Source: Camelus ferus (taxonomy: Eukaryota). From it: DNA of 64,000 bases. The notes below the pieces were generated by a model. The model saw only the letters and a list, made by a program, of their open reading frames with translations. It was not told where the DNA came from and ran no database searches. The DNA is taken from contig NC_045696.1 in assembly GCF_009834535.1 (NCBI RefSeq), positions 7,380,001 through 7,444,000 of the forward strand, read 5' to 3'. A program made the translations under genes and the position numbers. Shown piece by piece: positions 1-13,252 of the stretch. Numbering within the stretch: position 1 is the first letter of the stretch; every line of letters begins with the position of its first letter.

Positions 1-87
1 AACCTTTAACTTTGGAAATGTCAAATACACAGAAAAGGACAGAGTCATATAGATTATGTCATACACAGAATATGTCTATTTGTTACC

Positions 88-435
88 ATCTTTATTGAGA
101 GAGAATTCATGAACCATAAAATTTACCCATTAAAAATACACACTTCAATACTTTTTTGTATATTCACAGAGTGGGGAACTGTCACCAAAATCCAAATTTA
201 GAACATTTTCTTTACTCCAAAAAGAAACCCTGAATCCATTAGCAGTAAGACCCTTCCTCTCTTAAATCCTAAGCAACCATTAATCTACTTTATGTCTCCG
301 TTGGCTTGCCTCTTCTGGATATTTCATATAAATGCAATCATACCTTATGTGGTCTTTTGTGCCTGGCTTCTGTCACTTAGCATCATGTGTTTAAGGCTCA
401 TCTGCATTGCAATCTGTATCAGTACCTCATACCTT
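88..435 (-). mobile_element. Old L1M (L1MB-like) 3' UTR fragment
   Basis: Typical antisense motifs tttattgag...accataaaatttaccc, ctggatatttcatataaatg, gcctggcttctgtcacttagcat. Confidence 0.7.
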
Positions 436-929
436 TTTTTTTTTTACATTCTTAGGTGTGTTTTTAATTAGTGGGTAATGACTATCTTTTATGAGCAGAT
501 TTCACATAATTAGTTCACACATGCATTTTTTTTATAGAATGAAAAGCTGGAGATAAGGGGTTATGATCTATAAATAGGATACTCTTAGCTTAAAAAAAAA
601 TTATTGCAATTCCTTTCAGATACCAGAACCAGATGTTTTGGTTTGGACTATCAAATAGAAATGGGGAATTCCTTGGCATGCAGACCTAAGTCCATCCTAG
701 AATATGGATGTAAATATATTCCATGGCAGCTTTTATTTATATTTGAATAGACTACAGAGCAGTTAGAAAAATATTCTACAACACTAAGTTAGTAGCTTTA
801 CTGAGCACTTAATGTGGCAGGTGTATTGTGCTATAAACTTTACATAGCTTATTTCGTAATCATTATCAGAAGCTTGTAAAATAGATATTTTTTCATGAGT
901 CATTTTATTTTTATTTATAAGTTGCCTGC

Positions 930-1344
930 TTTTTTTTATTGAGGTATAGTTGATTTACAATATTATGTAAGTTTCAGGTGTACAACACACTAATTCACAA
1001 ATTTTAAAGGTTATACCCCATTCATAGCTAGTATAAAATATTAGCTATATTCCCTGTGCTGTATAATATATCTTTGTAACTTGTTTATTTTATACATAGT
1101 AGTTTATACCTCTTAATCCTGTACTCCTCTTTTGCCCCTCCCCACTCCCCTCTCCCCACTGTTAACCACTAGTTTGTTCTCTATATCTGCGAGTCTTTTT
1201 CTTTTTTGTTATATTTACTAGTTTTATTTCTTAATAACACACATATGTGATAACACAGTATTTGTCTTTCTCTGTCTGACTTATTACACTAAGCATAATA
1301 CCCTCTGGGTCCATCGATACTCTTTTTTATGTCTGAGTATATTG

Positions 1345-1395
<51 letters not shown>

Positions 1396-3095
1396 GCATA
1401 TTCTTTATCCATGTATAGATAGGCATTTAGGTTGCTTCTATGTCATGGCTCTTGTAAATGCTGCAATGAATATAGGGGTGTATGTTTCTTTTTGAGTTAG
1501 TGTTTTTGTTTACTTTGAATAAATACTCAGGAGGGGAATTGCTGGATCATATGGTAGTTCTATTTTTAATTTTTTGAGGAACCTCCATATTGTTTTCTAC
1601 AGTGGCTGCACCAATTTTCATTTGCACCAATAGCATATGAAGTTCCCTTTTCTCCTCATCCTCCAACATTTGATATTTGTACACTTTTTGAAGATAGCCA
1701 TTCTGAGAGGTGTGAGGTGATACTTCATTATGGTTTTCTCCACATCCTTGTCAATACTTATTATTGTCTTTTTGATAACAGTCATTTGACAGGTTCAGGT
1801 AATACCTCATTGTGTTATTGATTTGCATTTCTCTGATGATTAATGATGTTGAGCATCTTTCCATGTACCTGTTGGCCATCTGTATGTCTTATTTGGAAAA
1901 ATGTCTATTCAGGCCTTCTGCCTATTTTTAATCAGGTGGTTTGGTGGTTTTTTTTTGTTTGTTTGTTTTTTTGATGTTGGGTTGTATGAGCTGTTTATAT
2001 ATTTTGGATATTAACCCCTTATCTTCATTTGCAAATATTTTCTCCCAGTTCATAGGTTGTCTTTCCATTTTGTTGTATATTTCCTCTGCTGTGCAAGAGC
2101 TTGTGATTAGGTGCCATTTGTTTGTTTTTGCTTTTGTTTCCTTTGCCTTAAGGGACAGATCCAAAAAAAATTGCTGTGATTTATGTCAATTTATGCCATT
2201 CTTCTTATGCTTATTCTAGGAGTTTTATGATTTCAGGTCTTACATTTAGGTCGTTAATCCATTTTGAGTTTATTTTTGTATATGGTGTTGGAAAAAGTTA
2301 TGATTTCATTGTTTTACATGTACCTGTCCAGTTTTTACTAGCACTACTTATTAAAGAGATTGTTTTTTCTCCATTGTATATTCTTGCCTGCTTTGTTGTA
2401 GAGTAATTGACCATAAATGTGTGGGTTTATTTCTAGGCTTTCTATTTATTTATTTCTGTGTCTGTTTTTTGTGCCAGTATCATACTGTTTTGAATACTGT
2501 AGCTTTGTAGTATAGCCTGGAGTCAGGGAATGTGATTCCTCCAGCTCTGTGCTTCTTTTTCAAGATTGTTTTGTCTATTCAAGGTCTTTTGTGTTTCCAT
2601 ACAAATTTTAAAATGATTTGTTTTAGTTCTGTGAAAAATGCCATTGGTATTTTGATAGGGATTACACTGAATCTGTAGATTGCCTTGGGTAGGTAGTATG
2701 TTCATTTTAACAATATTAATTCTTTCAATCCATGACCATGGTGTATATTCCCAACTGTTCACGTCATCTTTAATTTCTTTCATTGGTTTCTTATCGTTTT
2801 CAGAGTATGGGTCTTTTACCTCCTTAGGTAGGCTTATTCCTAGGTATTTTATTCTTTTTAATGTGATTGTAAATGGGATTGTTTCCTTAATTTCTCTTTC
2901 TGATAGTTCACTGTTAGTGTATAGAAATGCAACAGATTTCTTTGTTATTTTTGTATCATGCAACTTAACTGAATTCGTTGATGAGCTCTAGTAGTTTTTT
3001 GGTGGCGTCTTTAGGATTTTCTATGTAAATATCATGTTATCTGCAAACAGTGACAGTTTCACTTCTTCCTTTCCAATTTAGATTCCTTTTATTTC
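930..3095 (-). mobile_element. 5'-truncated LINE-1 (ORF2 C-terminal part plus 3' UTR), decayed
   Basis: ORF 2523..2963 gives L1 ORF2 peptide ([24 protein letters not shown]); T-tract at about 930. Confidence 0.92.
1348..1394. repeat. (TG)23 microsatellite inside L1
   Basis: Direct reading. Confidence 0.97.
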
Positions 3096-4009
3096 AAATT
3101 ATTAGCCACTGTCTGGGATTCCTAGTGATAGGGGTAAAAAGCATGGTTTTTGTGAAACTGAAAGTCCATAAGTTCTCTGTTAAGAGAAATGTGAGAATAA
3201 AATTCTGTAAGTCCTTTCTTTGATTCAGAAATGTATGAAATCAGAAATGTGAGAATCTTTTTATTTAGAGAAAAATTGTAATGCCAGTCACATGGCCTGT
3301 GATCCTTTTCCTGTTCAGGCTCTGTGTTACACATTTATGTTCTTTTCTAACAATAGAAACTAAGGATACCAGGTATTTATAAATCAAGGAGATAAACAAA
3401 GAACCTGTTGCCAGTGAATCAGATTGAAACCAGCAAGTCACACTCAGTAAACCTAAAACCTGGCTCAGCTCCATGATAAATTCTCTGTGGTGTTACTTTT
3501 TGCTAATCAGTATTACACATCAGTCAATTAATTTACAGATTAATTAGATAAAAGTAAAACTTAAGTCCTCTCTTGTCAAATATTTTAATATGAACAACTT
3601 TTAAAACACTTTTAATACATTCTTTAATTTCTAGGTTTAAATGAATTGCTTGACATAATGAGATGCATTTTGTCAAATTTCAAACTTAAAAAATTTAAAT
3701 ATAATAATGTTCATTCACTAATTATATGCTTGTTATTTCCACCTTAATTATAAATAAGATCACCTCTTTTCTTCTGCTTGCTCTCTTCTCCATTAAGCTT
3801 CTAATTTTTGAGATAGCATCCATGATTGATTATCTCCCTAGCTCCCTTATTAAAAATTTAATAGGTGTATTATAAAGAAATTAAAGTGTGCAACACACAT
3901 TCTAAGCCTACACATAACCTAGATCTTTGTTTACAGATCAACATTACGCCCTCATGGGGTTTAAAATTAGTGATAATGAAAGATACAAATTTTTTAAATA
4001 GCATCTAGG

Positions 4010-5135
4010 AACTTCTGCTTTTACATGAAGGAGTAACTGGTACCAGAGTTGCCCTGTAATCATAATCAACTATAAAACTACTCAAAATATATGCAACACC
4101 TGCATTTAGACATTGGAACAGTCAGTGCAGGACTGAGATCCCTAGAAAAAGAGAAACAAATGTGCTTTGCACATGGCCATAGCACAAGGAGGGTGAACTG
4201 ATCAGAGCCCATCATCTCTGAGTTGAATAGTCAGATAGTTGTTTAGATAGACTGAGGTGGCTGGAATTTGGGAGTCAGAATACTGGAGAGGAGAAATACA
4301 CATACAGAAAGAGCACCAGAAATCTGAAAGGGCTCCCCTGTTCAAGGGGTTGATAAAAACTTAGTTTTGTATTTATAGGGTGGAAACTCCAAAAAATAAG
4401 GAAAAACTACGTATCTGTAAGCTGAATAATTCCCAGAGCAGACACAGTACTGGGAGACATTTAAATCCAAACAGCCAGAGTGAAGATTCTAGAAGGGCTT
4501 TGCATAAGTAGTGGGACTAATCTAAACCCATCCGAAGAAAATGTTTTGCAAGCAGTTTAACTGCCAGCCCAAACAAACTCAACACTCTTTAAAGGAAGCC
4601 ACAAATTCCAGACACCCAACAGTGTAATATACACTAGCTAGCATCCAAACAGAATTACTAGACATTCCAAGAAGCAGAAGAATGTCATCCATAAACAAAA
4701 AGTCAATCAAAAGAAACAGACCCAGAAATGGCAGAAATGATCAAATTAGCAGATGGTAAATTTAAAACTATTAAAAATGTGCTTAAGGACTTACGCGGAA
4801 ACATGAATATTAGGACAAAAGGAATTGAAGATACTAAAAATCAAATCAATTTCTGAGATGAAAAATCTGAAATGAAAATTGACAGGATTAGCTTAATAAC
4901 AGAAAGGCTCTACAGAAGAAAGTCAGTGAACTTGAAAAGAGAACAGTCGAAATTATCCAAACTGAATCACAGAAGGGGAAAAAATGACTGACTGAATAAA
5001 GTCTCACTACCTGTGGGAAGAGGTCAGGTGGTCTGTCACACACATAATTGAAGCCCTAGAAAAAAAGTATTGAGTGGGGGCAAATGTTTGAAGGAATAAT
5101 GACTGAAATTTTTCCAAATTTGATGAAAATCATAG
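4010..5135 (+). mobile_element. Old L1M 5' region / ORF1 remnant
   Basis: A-rich ORF1-like text (agaagaaagtcagtgaacttgaa, tttgaaggaataatgactgaaatttttccaaatttgatgaaaa). Confidence 0.6.
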
Positions 5136-5479
5136 TAGCTAAGTAAATTTTGTTATGTCAGTACTGATATAATGTTGGATAGTTGTTAAATAGGAAAAGA
5201 TAGCTATGTATGAACTTATATGGAAAGGTCACATACATCATAAAGTGAGAAAAGCAAGGTATACAATGATGGATATAGAACAATCTCATCTGTGTAATTT
5301 TGAAAAGTGTGCACATTTGCAAATAGAAAGTGGACATGAAAGTATCCACAATAAACTTTCAGAAGTGGATTATTCTGGGATGGGATCAGGGTAGAGGGTT
5401 ACAGAGGAACAATTCTCTCTTTTTCTTTTTTTACTTTCTGTACTATGTGAAATTTTATCCTATCCATGTGTTTTGATTT

Positions 5480-8118
5480 TAAAAACAAACATGAAACCAC
5501 AATGGGAAAAACAAAAAGAAGAAATGAACAAAGAAGAAATACAAAAACAGCTGGAAAACAAGGAATAAAATGACAATAAGTACATACCTATCAATTACTT
5601 TAAATGTCAATAGACTAAATGCTCCAGTCAAAGATACAGGGTAAATAATTAGATTGAAAAACAAGACCCTTTTTAATATACTGCCTGTAAGAGACTCCCT
5701 TCAGGGCAAAAGACATATACACACAGTGAAATTGAGGGGATGGAAAAAGGTATTTCACACAAATGGAAATGACAAGAAAGAAGGGGTAGTAATAATCATA
5801 TCAGACAAAATAGACTTTGAAACAAAGGCTATAATGAAGGACAAAGGAGGGCATTATGTAATGATAAAGGCATCAATACAAGCAGAGGCTATTACACTCG
5901 TTAACATATACACACCCAATATAGGGGCACATTAATACACAAAGCAAATACTAACAGATGTAAAGGAGAAAGTGACAACAATACAATAATAGTGGAGACT
6001 TTAATCACTGACATTTCTGACAGATCAATGGACAGATCATACAGACAGAAAATCAGTAAGGCAACAGAGATCCTAAGTGACACAGTAGACCAGTTGGACT
6101 TTACTAAGTGGACACATCCAAAATAAGTTGGACACTATATCCAAAAAAAAAGCACAATAAACATTCATTTCAAGTGCACATGGAATGTTCTCCAGGGTAG
6201 ATCATATAATAGGTCACAAAAAGCCTCAAAAAATTTAAGAGGATAGAAATAGCAAGCATCTTTTCTGACCACAATGATACGAAACTAGAAATCAACTAGT
6301 TCCAAACACAAGGAGGAAAAGAACAAACACATGGAGACTAAACAACACGCCATTAAAAAATCAATGGGTCAATGATGAAATCAAAGAAGAAATCAAAAAA
6401 CACCTTGAGACAAATAAAAATGAAAAAACAACTTTCCAAAATCTGTGGGATGCAGCAAAAGCAGTTCTAAAAGGGACGTTCATAGCAACACAGGCCTTCC
6501 TCAAGAAACAAGGAAAGTCTCAAACAACCCAGCCCACCATGTGAAAGAATTAGAAAAGAGGAACAAAGCCCAGCGTCAGCAGAAAGAAGGAAACAGTAAA
6601 TACTAGAGAGGAAGTAAGTAAAACAGATTTAAAACATAGAAAAGATCGATGAAACCGAGAGCTGTTTTTTGAAAAGATCAACAAAATTGACAGAACTCCA
6701 GCCAGGCTCACTGAGAAGAGAGAGAAGACCCAAATAAACTCAGTAAGAAAGGAAACCTGAGGAGAAATAACCAATACCACAGAGATACAAAAAGTCATAA
6801 GAAAATACTATGAACAGTTATATGGCAACAAATTGGACAACCTAGAGGAAATGGTCAAATTTCTAGAAACATACAGCCTAGCAAGATTGATTCAGAAGAA
6901 ACACAATTTGAACAGACTGATAACAAGAAGTGAAATAGAATATGTAATTTAAAAACTCCCCACAAACAAACACAAAAGTCCAGGACCAGATGGTCTCACT
7001 GGGGAGTTCTATCAAATGTATAAAGATGACTGTAGTTCTCAAACTATTCCAAAAATTGAAGAGGAGGAAACACTCCCAAATTCATTCTGTGAGGCCACCA
7101 TTACCTTGATACCAACCAGACGAAGAAGGGGCTCATAGTCTTTAAGGCATTAGCCTGCCCTGCCTCCCTTTGCCTGGCAAAGCAATGAAGCTGTTCTTTT
7201 CTATCCTCCCCTTTCACTGCTTCCACCAAAAAAAAAAAAAAAAAAAAAAATACCAAAAAAAGAAAATTATAGGCCAATATCTTTGATGAATATAGATGCA
7301 AAAATCTTCGACAAAATATTAGCTAGCTGAATCCAACAATGCATTAAAAGGATCATATGCCATGATCAATTTGGATTTATTCCAGGATCACAAGGATGAT
7401 TGAACATATGCACTTCAGTCAGTGTGATATACCACATTAACGAAAGACAGGAAAACACATGATCTTCTCAATAGATGCATAAAAGGCATTTGAAAAAATT
7501 CAACACCCATTCATGATAAAAACTCTCATCAAAATGGTGGGTATAGACGAACATCTCAATGTTAAATAAAGAACGTTTATGACAAACCCACAGCCAATAA
7601 AATACTCAAGATGTGGTATATATATGTGTGTGTATATATATATAAGAATATTTGTATATATATATGATACATATATATAAGAATATTAGCCATAAAAAAG
7701 AATGAAATTCTACCATTTGCAGCAACGTGGATAGACTAAAGATTATGCTTAGTGAAATAAGTGAGACAAAGATAAACACTATATGATATCACTTATATGT
7801 GGAATCTAAAAAATAATACAAATGGATGTATATGCAAAACAGAAACAGACTCACGGTTATAGAAAATAAACTTGTGGTTACCAAATGGGAGAGGGAAGGG
7901 AGGAGGGACAAATTAGAGGCATGAGATTAACAGATACAAACTACTATATATAAAATAGATGAGCAACAAGGATAAACTGTATAGCAAAGGGAATTATACC
8001 CATTATCTTTTAATAATCTATAATGGAATATAATCTGCAAAAATACTGAATCATATGCTATACACTTGAAGCTATCACAACATTGTAAATCAACTAGACT
8101 TCAAAAAAAAAGAAAAAA
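5480..8118 (+). mobile_element. LINE-1 (ORF2 endonuclease to mid-RT, internal deletion at about 7608, then 3' UTR and A tail)
   Basis: ORF 5654..5935 has EN motifs (GWKKVFH.N, ISDKIDF, GHYVMIK, VNIYTPN); L1 3' end aacattgtaaatcaactagacttcaaaaaa. Confidence 0.92.
7122..7250 (+). mobile_element. Short A-tailed insertion, ERV LTR-like, inside L1 ORF2
   Basis: Non-L1 106-nt segment (cctttgcctggcaaagcaatgaagctgttcttt) plus A23 interrupting collinear L1 sequence. Confidence 0.6.
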
Positions 8119-8629
8119 CAATTTAAAAATTTTGATGTGTTCTAATGCATTGCTGATAGGACTGTAAATTGGCATTTATGGACATATATATACACACATA
8201 TACACATATATTTATCATACTGAAAGGGAAAAATAAAAAATATCTACAAAAAATTTTTTAAAGGTAAAGCATGCTATGATAATTTTCACATTACGTGTGA
8301 CGTTAGATCTTGCCAAAATACACAGTTCATCCTGGGATTTAAATAAACCTGAAACAAACAAACCAACAAAATGGAGAAAAGGCTTAGAGAGTGCTTAAAA
8401 AACAGAGCTAGAAAACTGAGTTAGACCTGTGAAGAAGAGATGATGTGACTCAGGGAGTCCTTGGCAGGACTCAAGGATGGTCCTCAACTATTAGGCCTTG
8501 GCGTGCACAACTAAGTCCATGACGACGGGTCCCATCTCCATGGGGCAGCAGTATCTGTGTCCAGGTGAAGTCTCTCAGGCTGGCAGAGAGGAGTAAGGAC
8601 TGCTGTTGTCTCTTTCCTTGTTTTGCTTG

Positions 8630-9430
8630 AGCCTCTAAAGGCGGGAGGGGCGGAGTCTCTCCTGTCTGACGTGTTGTTTGTAAGAACAGCTAACACTTCC
8701 CTAGCACTTACCACGCGGCAGGCACTGTTCCAGGTGCCGTGCGTGTATTCAGTCCTAGTTCTCACTACGAGCCTGTGCAGAGAGTACTCTTATGTCCCCA
8801 TCTTTTAGATGAGGAAACTGAGGCAGTGCGAGGTTGGTGTGACTTGCCCAAGGTCCCCTAGCGGTAAGTGCTTGCGTTCCCACTCCCAGCCACTGGAGTC
8901 CCCAGCAGGCCGCTGCCTTCGGGGAGAGAGGTAACCAGGGCACGTCTCACGGAAACTCCTCCCAGGCCTGATTTGCCTGTGACTGATTCACTCGTCCTGG
9001 GGGCCAGCATCTGCAGGTACCCTGGTCCTCAGCCGCGGTGGCCTGTTGGGGGCCTGTGGGGCGGGGCTTGTAAAAGCCCATAGGCCCCAGTTTGATTGCT
9101 CTAACCACTGAGACGAGAGCCCAGGCCGGGCAGGGGCGCTTCTGCCGCGGAGCCCGAGGCCCACGCCCGCGCTGGGGCGTCACTCGCCGGGGACGGTGCT
9201 TTCTGGCAGCTCTGTAACTTCACCCTCGGATATGGATCAGTAACTTGGGGAACAAGATTTTCCTTCCCCACCCTTGGGTCCAGCTTACATCACACAGCAT
9301 TAGAGGCCTCGGTAAGTCTGCCAGGCCTTGTGCGGGGCAGGTGCTCAGCAAGTGTTTGTTGAATAAAAGCCCGGAGAAGAGCGATGAGATCACCGACCTG
9401 CGGTTAGTGCCGCCGACCTGGCCAGTGCTC
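8630..9430. promoter_or_regulatory. CpG/GC-rich patch with Sp1-type GC boxes; candidate promoter or enhancer
   Basis: GGGGCGGAGT at about 8647, TGACGT at about 8667, GGGGCGGGGC at 9058-9067, CpG cluster 9030-9230 in AT-rich surroundings. Confidence 0.4.
8690..8870 (-). mobile_element. MIR SINE
   Basis: MIR core cccatcttttagatgaggaaactgaggc...gacttgcccaaggtc. Confidence 0.8.
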
Positions 9431-9891
9431 TGAAAAAACAGATGAGCTTAGAACCTGAATTAGCTCAACCACATTTAGTTAGTGACTGCATGTGATCCCC
9501 GGGCCTGCCTCTGCAGCACATAGGAAATAAATCAAATCTTTTCTCATCTATAAAATATGGACCGTCACTCCCACCTCGTAGGAGTCAAACAGCTGGCCCA
9601 GGGCCCCGCCCCCAAAAAGTGCTGGGTGAATGGTGGCCATTATCTCTCCCTCAAAATGTGCAGTGAGGAGTTAAGGACAAACAGAACAACTGAATCAACA
9701 AATACTCATTGCTCACTCACCGTGGGGTGGGGATGGGCCGGTGTTAAGCAGAGGGCTTCTCACTTTAGGGTAAGACCGACTAAAAAATAGAGTTAAAGGG
9801 TCTGAGAAATTCTGAATTTGTATTTGTAATATCCTAAAAATATGTTTTCATGTTGTTCTGTTAGTTACTACATCTGTATTAAGGAGTCGTG

Positions 9892-9961
9892 TTCTTTTAT
9901 TTTTATTGCCGCTGAGAAAAATGTAATTCTTTTATTTTTATTGCCACTGAGAAAAATGTAA
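9892..9961. repeat. 35-bp tandem duplication (2 copies, 1 mismatch)
   Basis: ttcttttatttttattgcc[g/a]ctgagaaaaatgtaa twice. Confidence 0.95.
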
Positions 9962-11049
9962 AAGCCTAAAATACATCTTCCTCTGTAAGCTGCCTAACTG
10001 GGGACTGAGTGATTTCATTACGAAACACTCCGGGGCTTCAAAGGAACAATTAACGGCTCCACCCAACTTTAAAAGGGAAATTCTCAGAGGAGGAAACTCT
10101 TAAGATGCTGGTGGAGGTAATCAGATTAAGACCAGGAAATAGATTCCAAAGTGAGAGGGTGAAAAGAGGGCCTGCTATTTTAAGGTAAATATTTGGTTTG
10201 GTAAGAAAAAAATGGTATTTAAAAAGTCACTTTACATGGGAGGAGATATTTTCTGGGAAAGGCTTTACCTTGGAAAATAATCAGAAGGCATCACCAAGTT
10301 TTCTACAGAGAACTTTTGGTGTGGTATTCATATTTTAAAAAGTGAATAAAGCAAATTATCTGCCCCTTTTCTCCGTCCCAACAATCGAGACCAGTTCTGA
10401 TTTCTTTTCTGCTTCCAGAAAGGGAGGGACTTAACTAAATCAGGGCACATCCTCTGCTCCATGGCCTCCAGGGCCTTTCCCCTGCCTCCAGCACAGCATC
10501 CCTATATTCCTGTATATTTTAATTTATAACCAATATTTACATGATTTGCAATAGTTTTATATTAGTTGAATGTATTTAAATATCTCCTATAGTAACCTGA
10601 TAAGAAATGAATACATGGTAGGAGCCACTTACACACATAATTTTCAAACATTAATGTTCTACTATAACATACAGAAGACATAAAAGTAATGTGTTATAAA
10701 ATAATATGTATTTCAGTAAGTAGACGCATAGGCACAGATAAACTGGAAGACATCAAGACAGAACATTGTCTGTCCCCATAGGTAGGATCACCGTGAATGT
10801 GGCAGTGACAGGTACAGCTGAGTCAGCTGTTTTGTGCTGGGACTCAGACACCATGATGGGAGGCTGTTGGATGATATCATTTTCCAAAATGGTGAATAAT
10901 TCTTGGTAAAGTTCATGAAAAAAAGAAAGTACAGTCAAACCTCAAGCCTCTGTTTGCATAGTAACACATTTCTGGAAAATTCAAGTATATTAAATTTCAA
11001 AAGACACAGGATATTTCTATACAGCAAATGAAGTTAGGACCTCAACCTG

Positions 11050-11340
11050 AACTGTCCAGTTCAGTAACCATAAGCCACAAGCCACATGTGGCTCCTGAGC
11101 ATTTGAAATCTAGCTACTCTGGATGCTGTAGACTAGATTTAGAATTTTTTTTAAAGGATGTAATATATCTCAATAATAACATATTGTTTATGTTGGTTGA
11201 AATATTTTGGATATACTGGGTTAAATAAAATATACTGCCAAAATTAATTTTACTTGTTTTTTTTTTTTTTACTTTTTTAATTCCACTATAAGGAAACTTA
11301 AAATGTGATGTGTGATTTGCATTAATGGACAGCAGCACTA
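11050..11340. mobile_element. hAT-Charlie non-autonomous DNA element (MER3/MER33-like)
   Basis: Inverted ends ctgtcca...tggacag; internal agccacatgtggct and aatattttggatatactgggttaaataaaatat. Confidence 0.7.
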
Positions 11341-11790
11341 ATGTGTACACTGAGCTTGGTGGGACTTTGGAGAGTCTTACTGGGCAACAGGCCAGTCTTC
11401 ACTCTGTGGGATTACCCAGCTCACTGCACAATATCCCACATCTCTGGTCCTCCCCACTTGACTCCCAATCATTGTATCAACCATAAATATCCTCACTTAT
11501 CTCCAAAATACCTACTCTGGGGCTGGCAGCAGGGCACCACCCTGCCCTACAGAATGAAGCTCCCAGGGCCTGCCCATCTCCCAGCCTCCTCCCACCTCTC
11601 AGCTGCACACTCCATGTGTCAGTGGCCCTGAACTCCATGGATGCCCCTCACCCCCCAAGTTTGCCCCTGGATCCCTCTTTGGCAATGTTTCAAATTCCCC
11701 TCTGGTAGCACAGACTCAAGTCACTTAGTATGTTCACCAAGATGGTTCATAAATTGGGCCATAAAACAAATCTCAATGCATTTAAAAGCT

Positions 11791-11929
11791 GGGGAGAGTA
11801 TATCTCAGTAGTTAGAGTACATGCTTAGCATGCAGGAGGTGCTGGGTTCAATCCCTAGTACCTCCATTAAAATAACTAACTAAATAAATAAACCTAATTA
11901 CCTCTCCCCCCAAAAATTAAAAAAAAAAA
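11791..11929 (+). mobile_element. tRNA-Ala(AGC)-derived SINE, camelid Vic-1-like
   Basis: GGGGAG start, A-box-like tatctcagtagttagag, B box GGTTCAATCCC at 11845-11855, AT-rich tail; imperfect TSD aatgcatttaaaag / aatacatttaaag. Confidence 0.85.
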
Positions 11930-13252
11930 TACATTTAAAGTGATTCAAATCATACAATGTTCTCACATCACAATTAAATTATATTAGATCATAGTAGTTC
12001 AATATAATTAAATTATATCACCATAAGATATGTAGATAAACTTCAAATACTGGAAATTAAATACACCTCTAAATAATCCATGGATCAAAGAAAATATCAT
12101 AAGGGAATTTAGAAAATATTTTGCACTGAATGAAAAGGAAAAGAACACATCAAAATTTCTAAGATGCATCTAGAGCATGCCTTAGAGGGAAATTTATCAT
12201 TTAAGTGCATATAGTAGAAATGACAGTAAGTTTAAAACCAATGATCTAAGAAGCCAGAAAAGAACAGCAATAAACAACAGAAAAATTAACAAAGCCAAAA
12301 TTTAGTCCCTCGAAAAGATCAGTAAAATTGATAAGCCAGCAAAACTAATGAAGGAAAAAAAAATAATAACCACTAGTAGGAAAGAAGAAATACCTAACAG
12401 TCCTCTAGATATAAAAAGGATAATAAGGAAATATTTAAATAGCTTTATCTCAAAAAATTTGACAATTTAGATGAACTGGAAAAATTCCTTGAAAGACAAA
12501 AATTACCATAACTGACTCAAAAATGGAAAATGGGAATGTTCCTATATATTTTAAATATATTCACTATAAAAAAAAAAAAAACTTCCAAAGAGGATAATCC
12601 AAATTAGCAAACATTTAACAAAGAAATAATACCAACATTACTCAAACTCTTTAAGAAAAAAGAAACACTTTGCAATTTGTTTTATGAGGTCAACAAAACC
12701 CTAACACCACATCCTGACAAAGACATTCCAACAAAGAAATTTACAGACTCATATCCTTCATGAACACAGATACAAAAATCTTCAATAGAATATTATCAAA
12801 TATATTCTAGCAACATATAAATGTATACATCCTGAACAAATAGGGCTTATTGGAGGTTCAAAATTGAAAATCAATGTGATTTATTGCATTAGCAAAATAA
12901 AAGAGGAAAAAAACCATATGATCACTAAAAAACAGGCAAAATTCAACATCTATTAATGATTAAAAAAAAAGAAAAGAAAAAAACTCTTAACAAACTAGGA
13001 ATATGAAGGAAATTTCCTTAACTGGATAAAGAGCATCCAGTGGACAACCTATAGGTAACATCATATTTAATGATGAAAGACTCAGTTCTTTTCCCCTAAA
13101 ACTGGGAACAAGGTGAGGAGGTTCTAGCCAGTGCATTAAGTCATGAAAAAGATAAAAGCCATAAAATTGGAAGGGAAAAAGTAAAACTGTCTCTACTTCC
13201 AGACATCAATGTCTACATAGAAGATTCTAAGGAATAAAAGATACTACTAGAA

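Noticed and set aside
11791..11865. Possible tRNA-Ala gene
   Set aside because: Mismatched stems, SINE tail and TSD indicate a SINE
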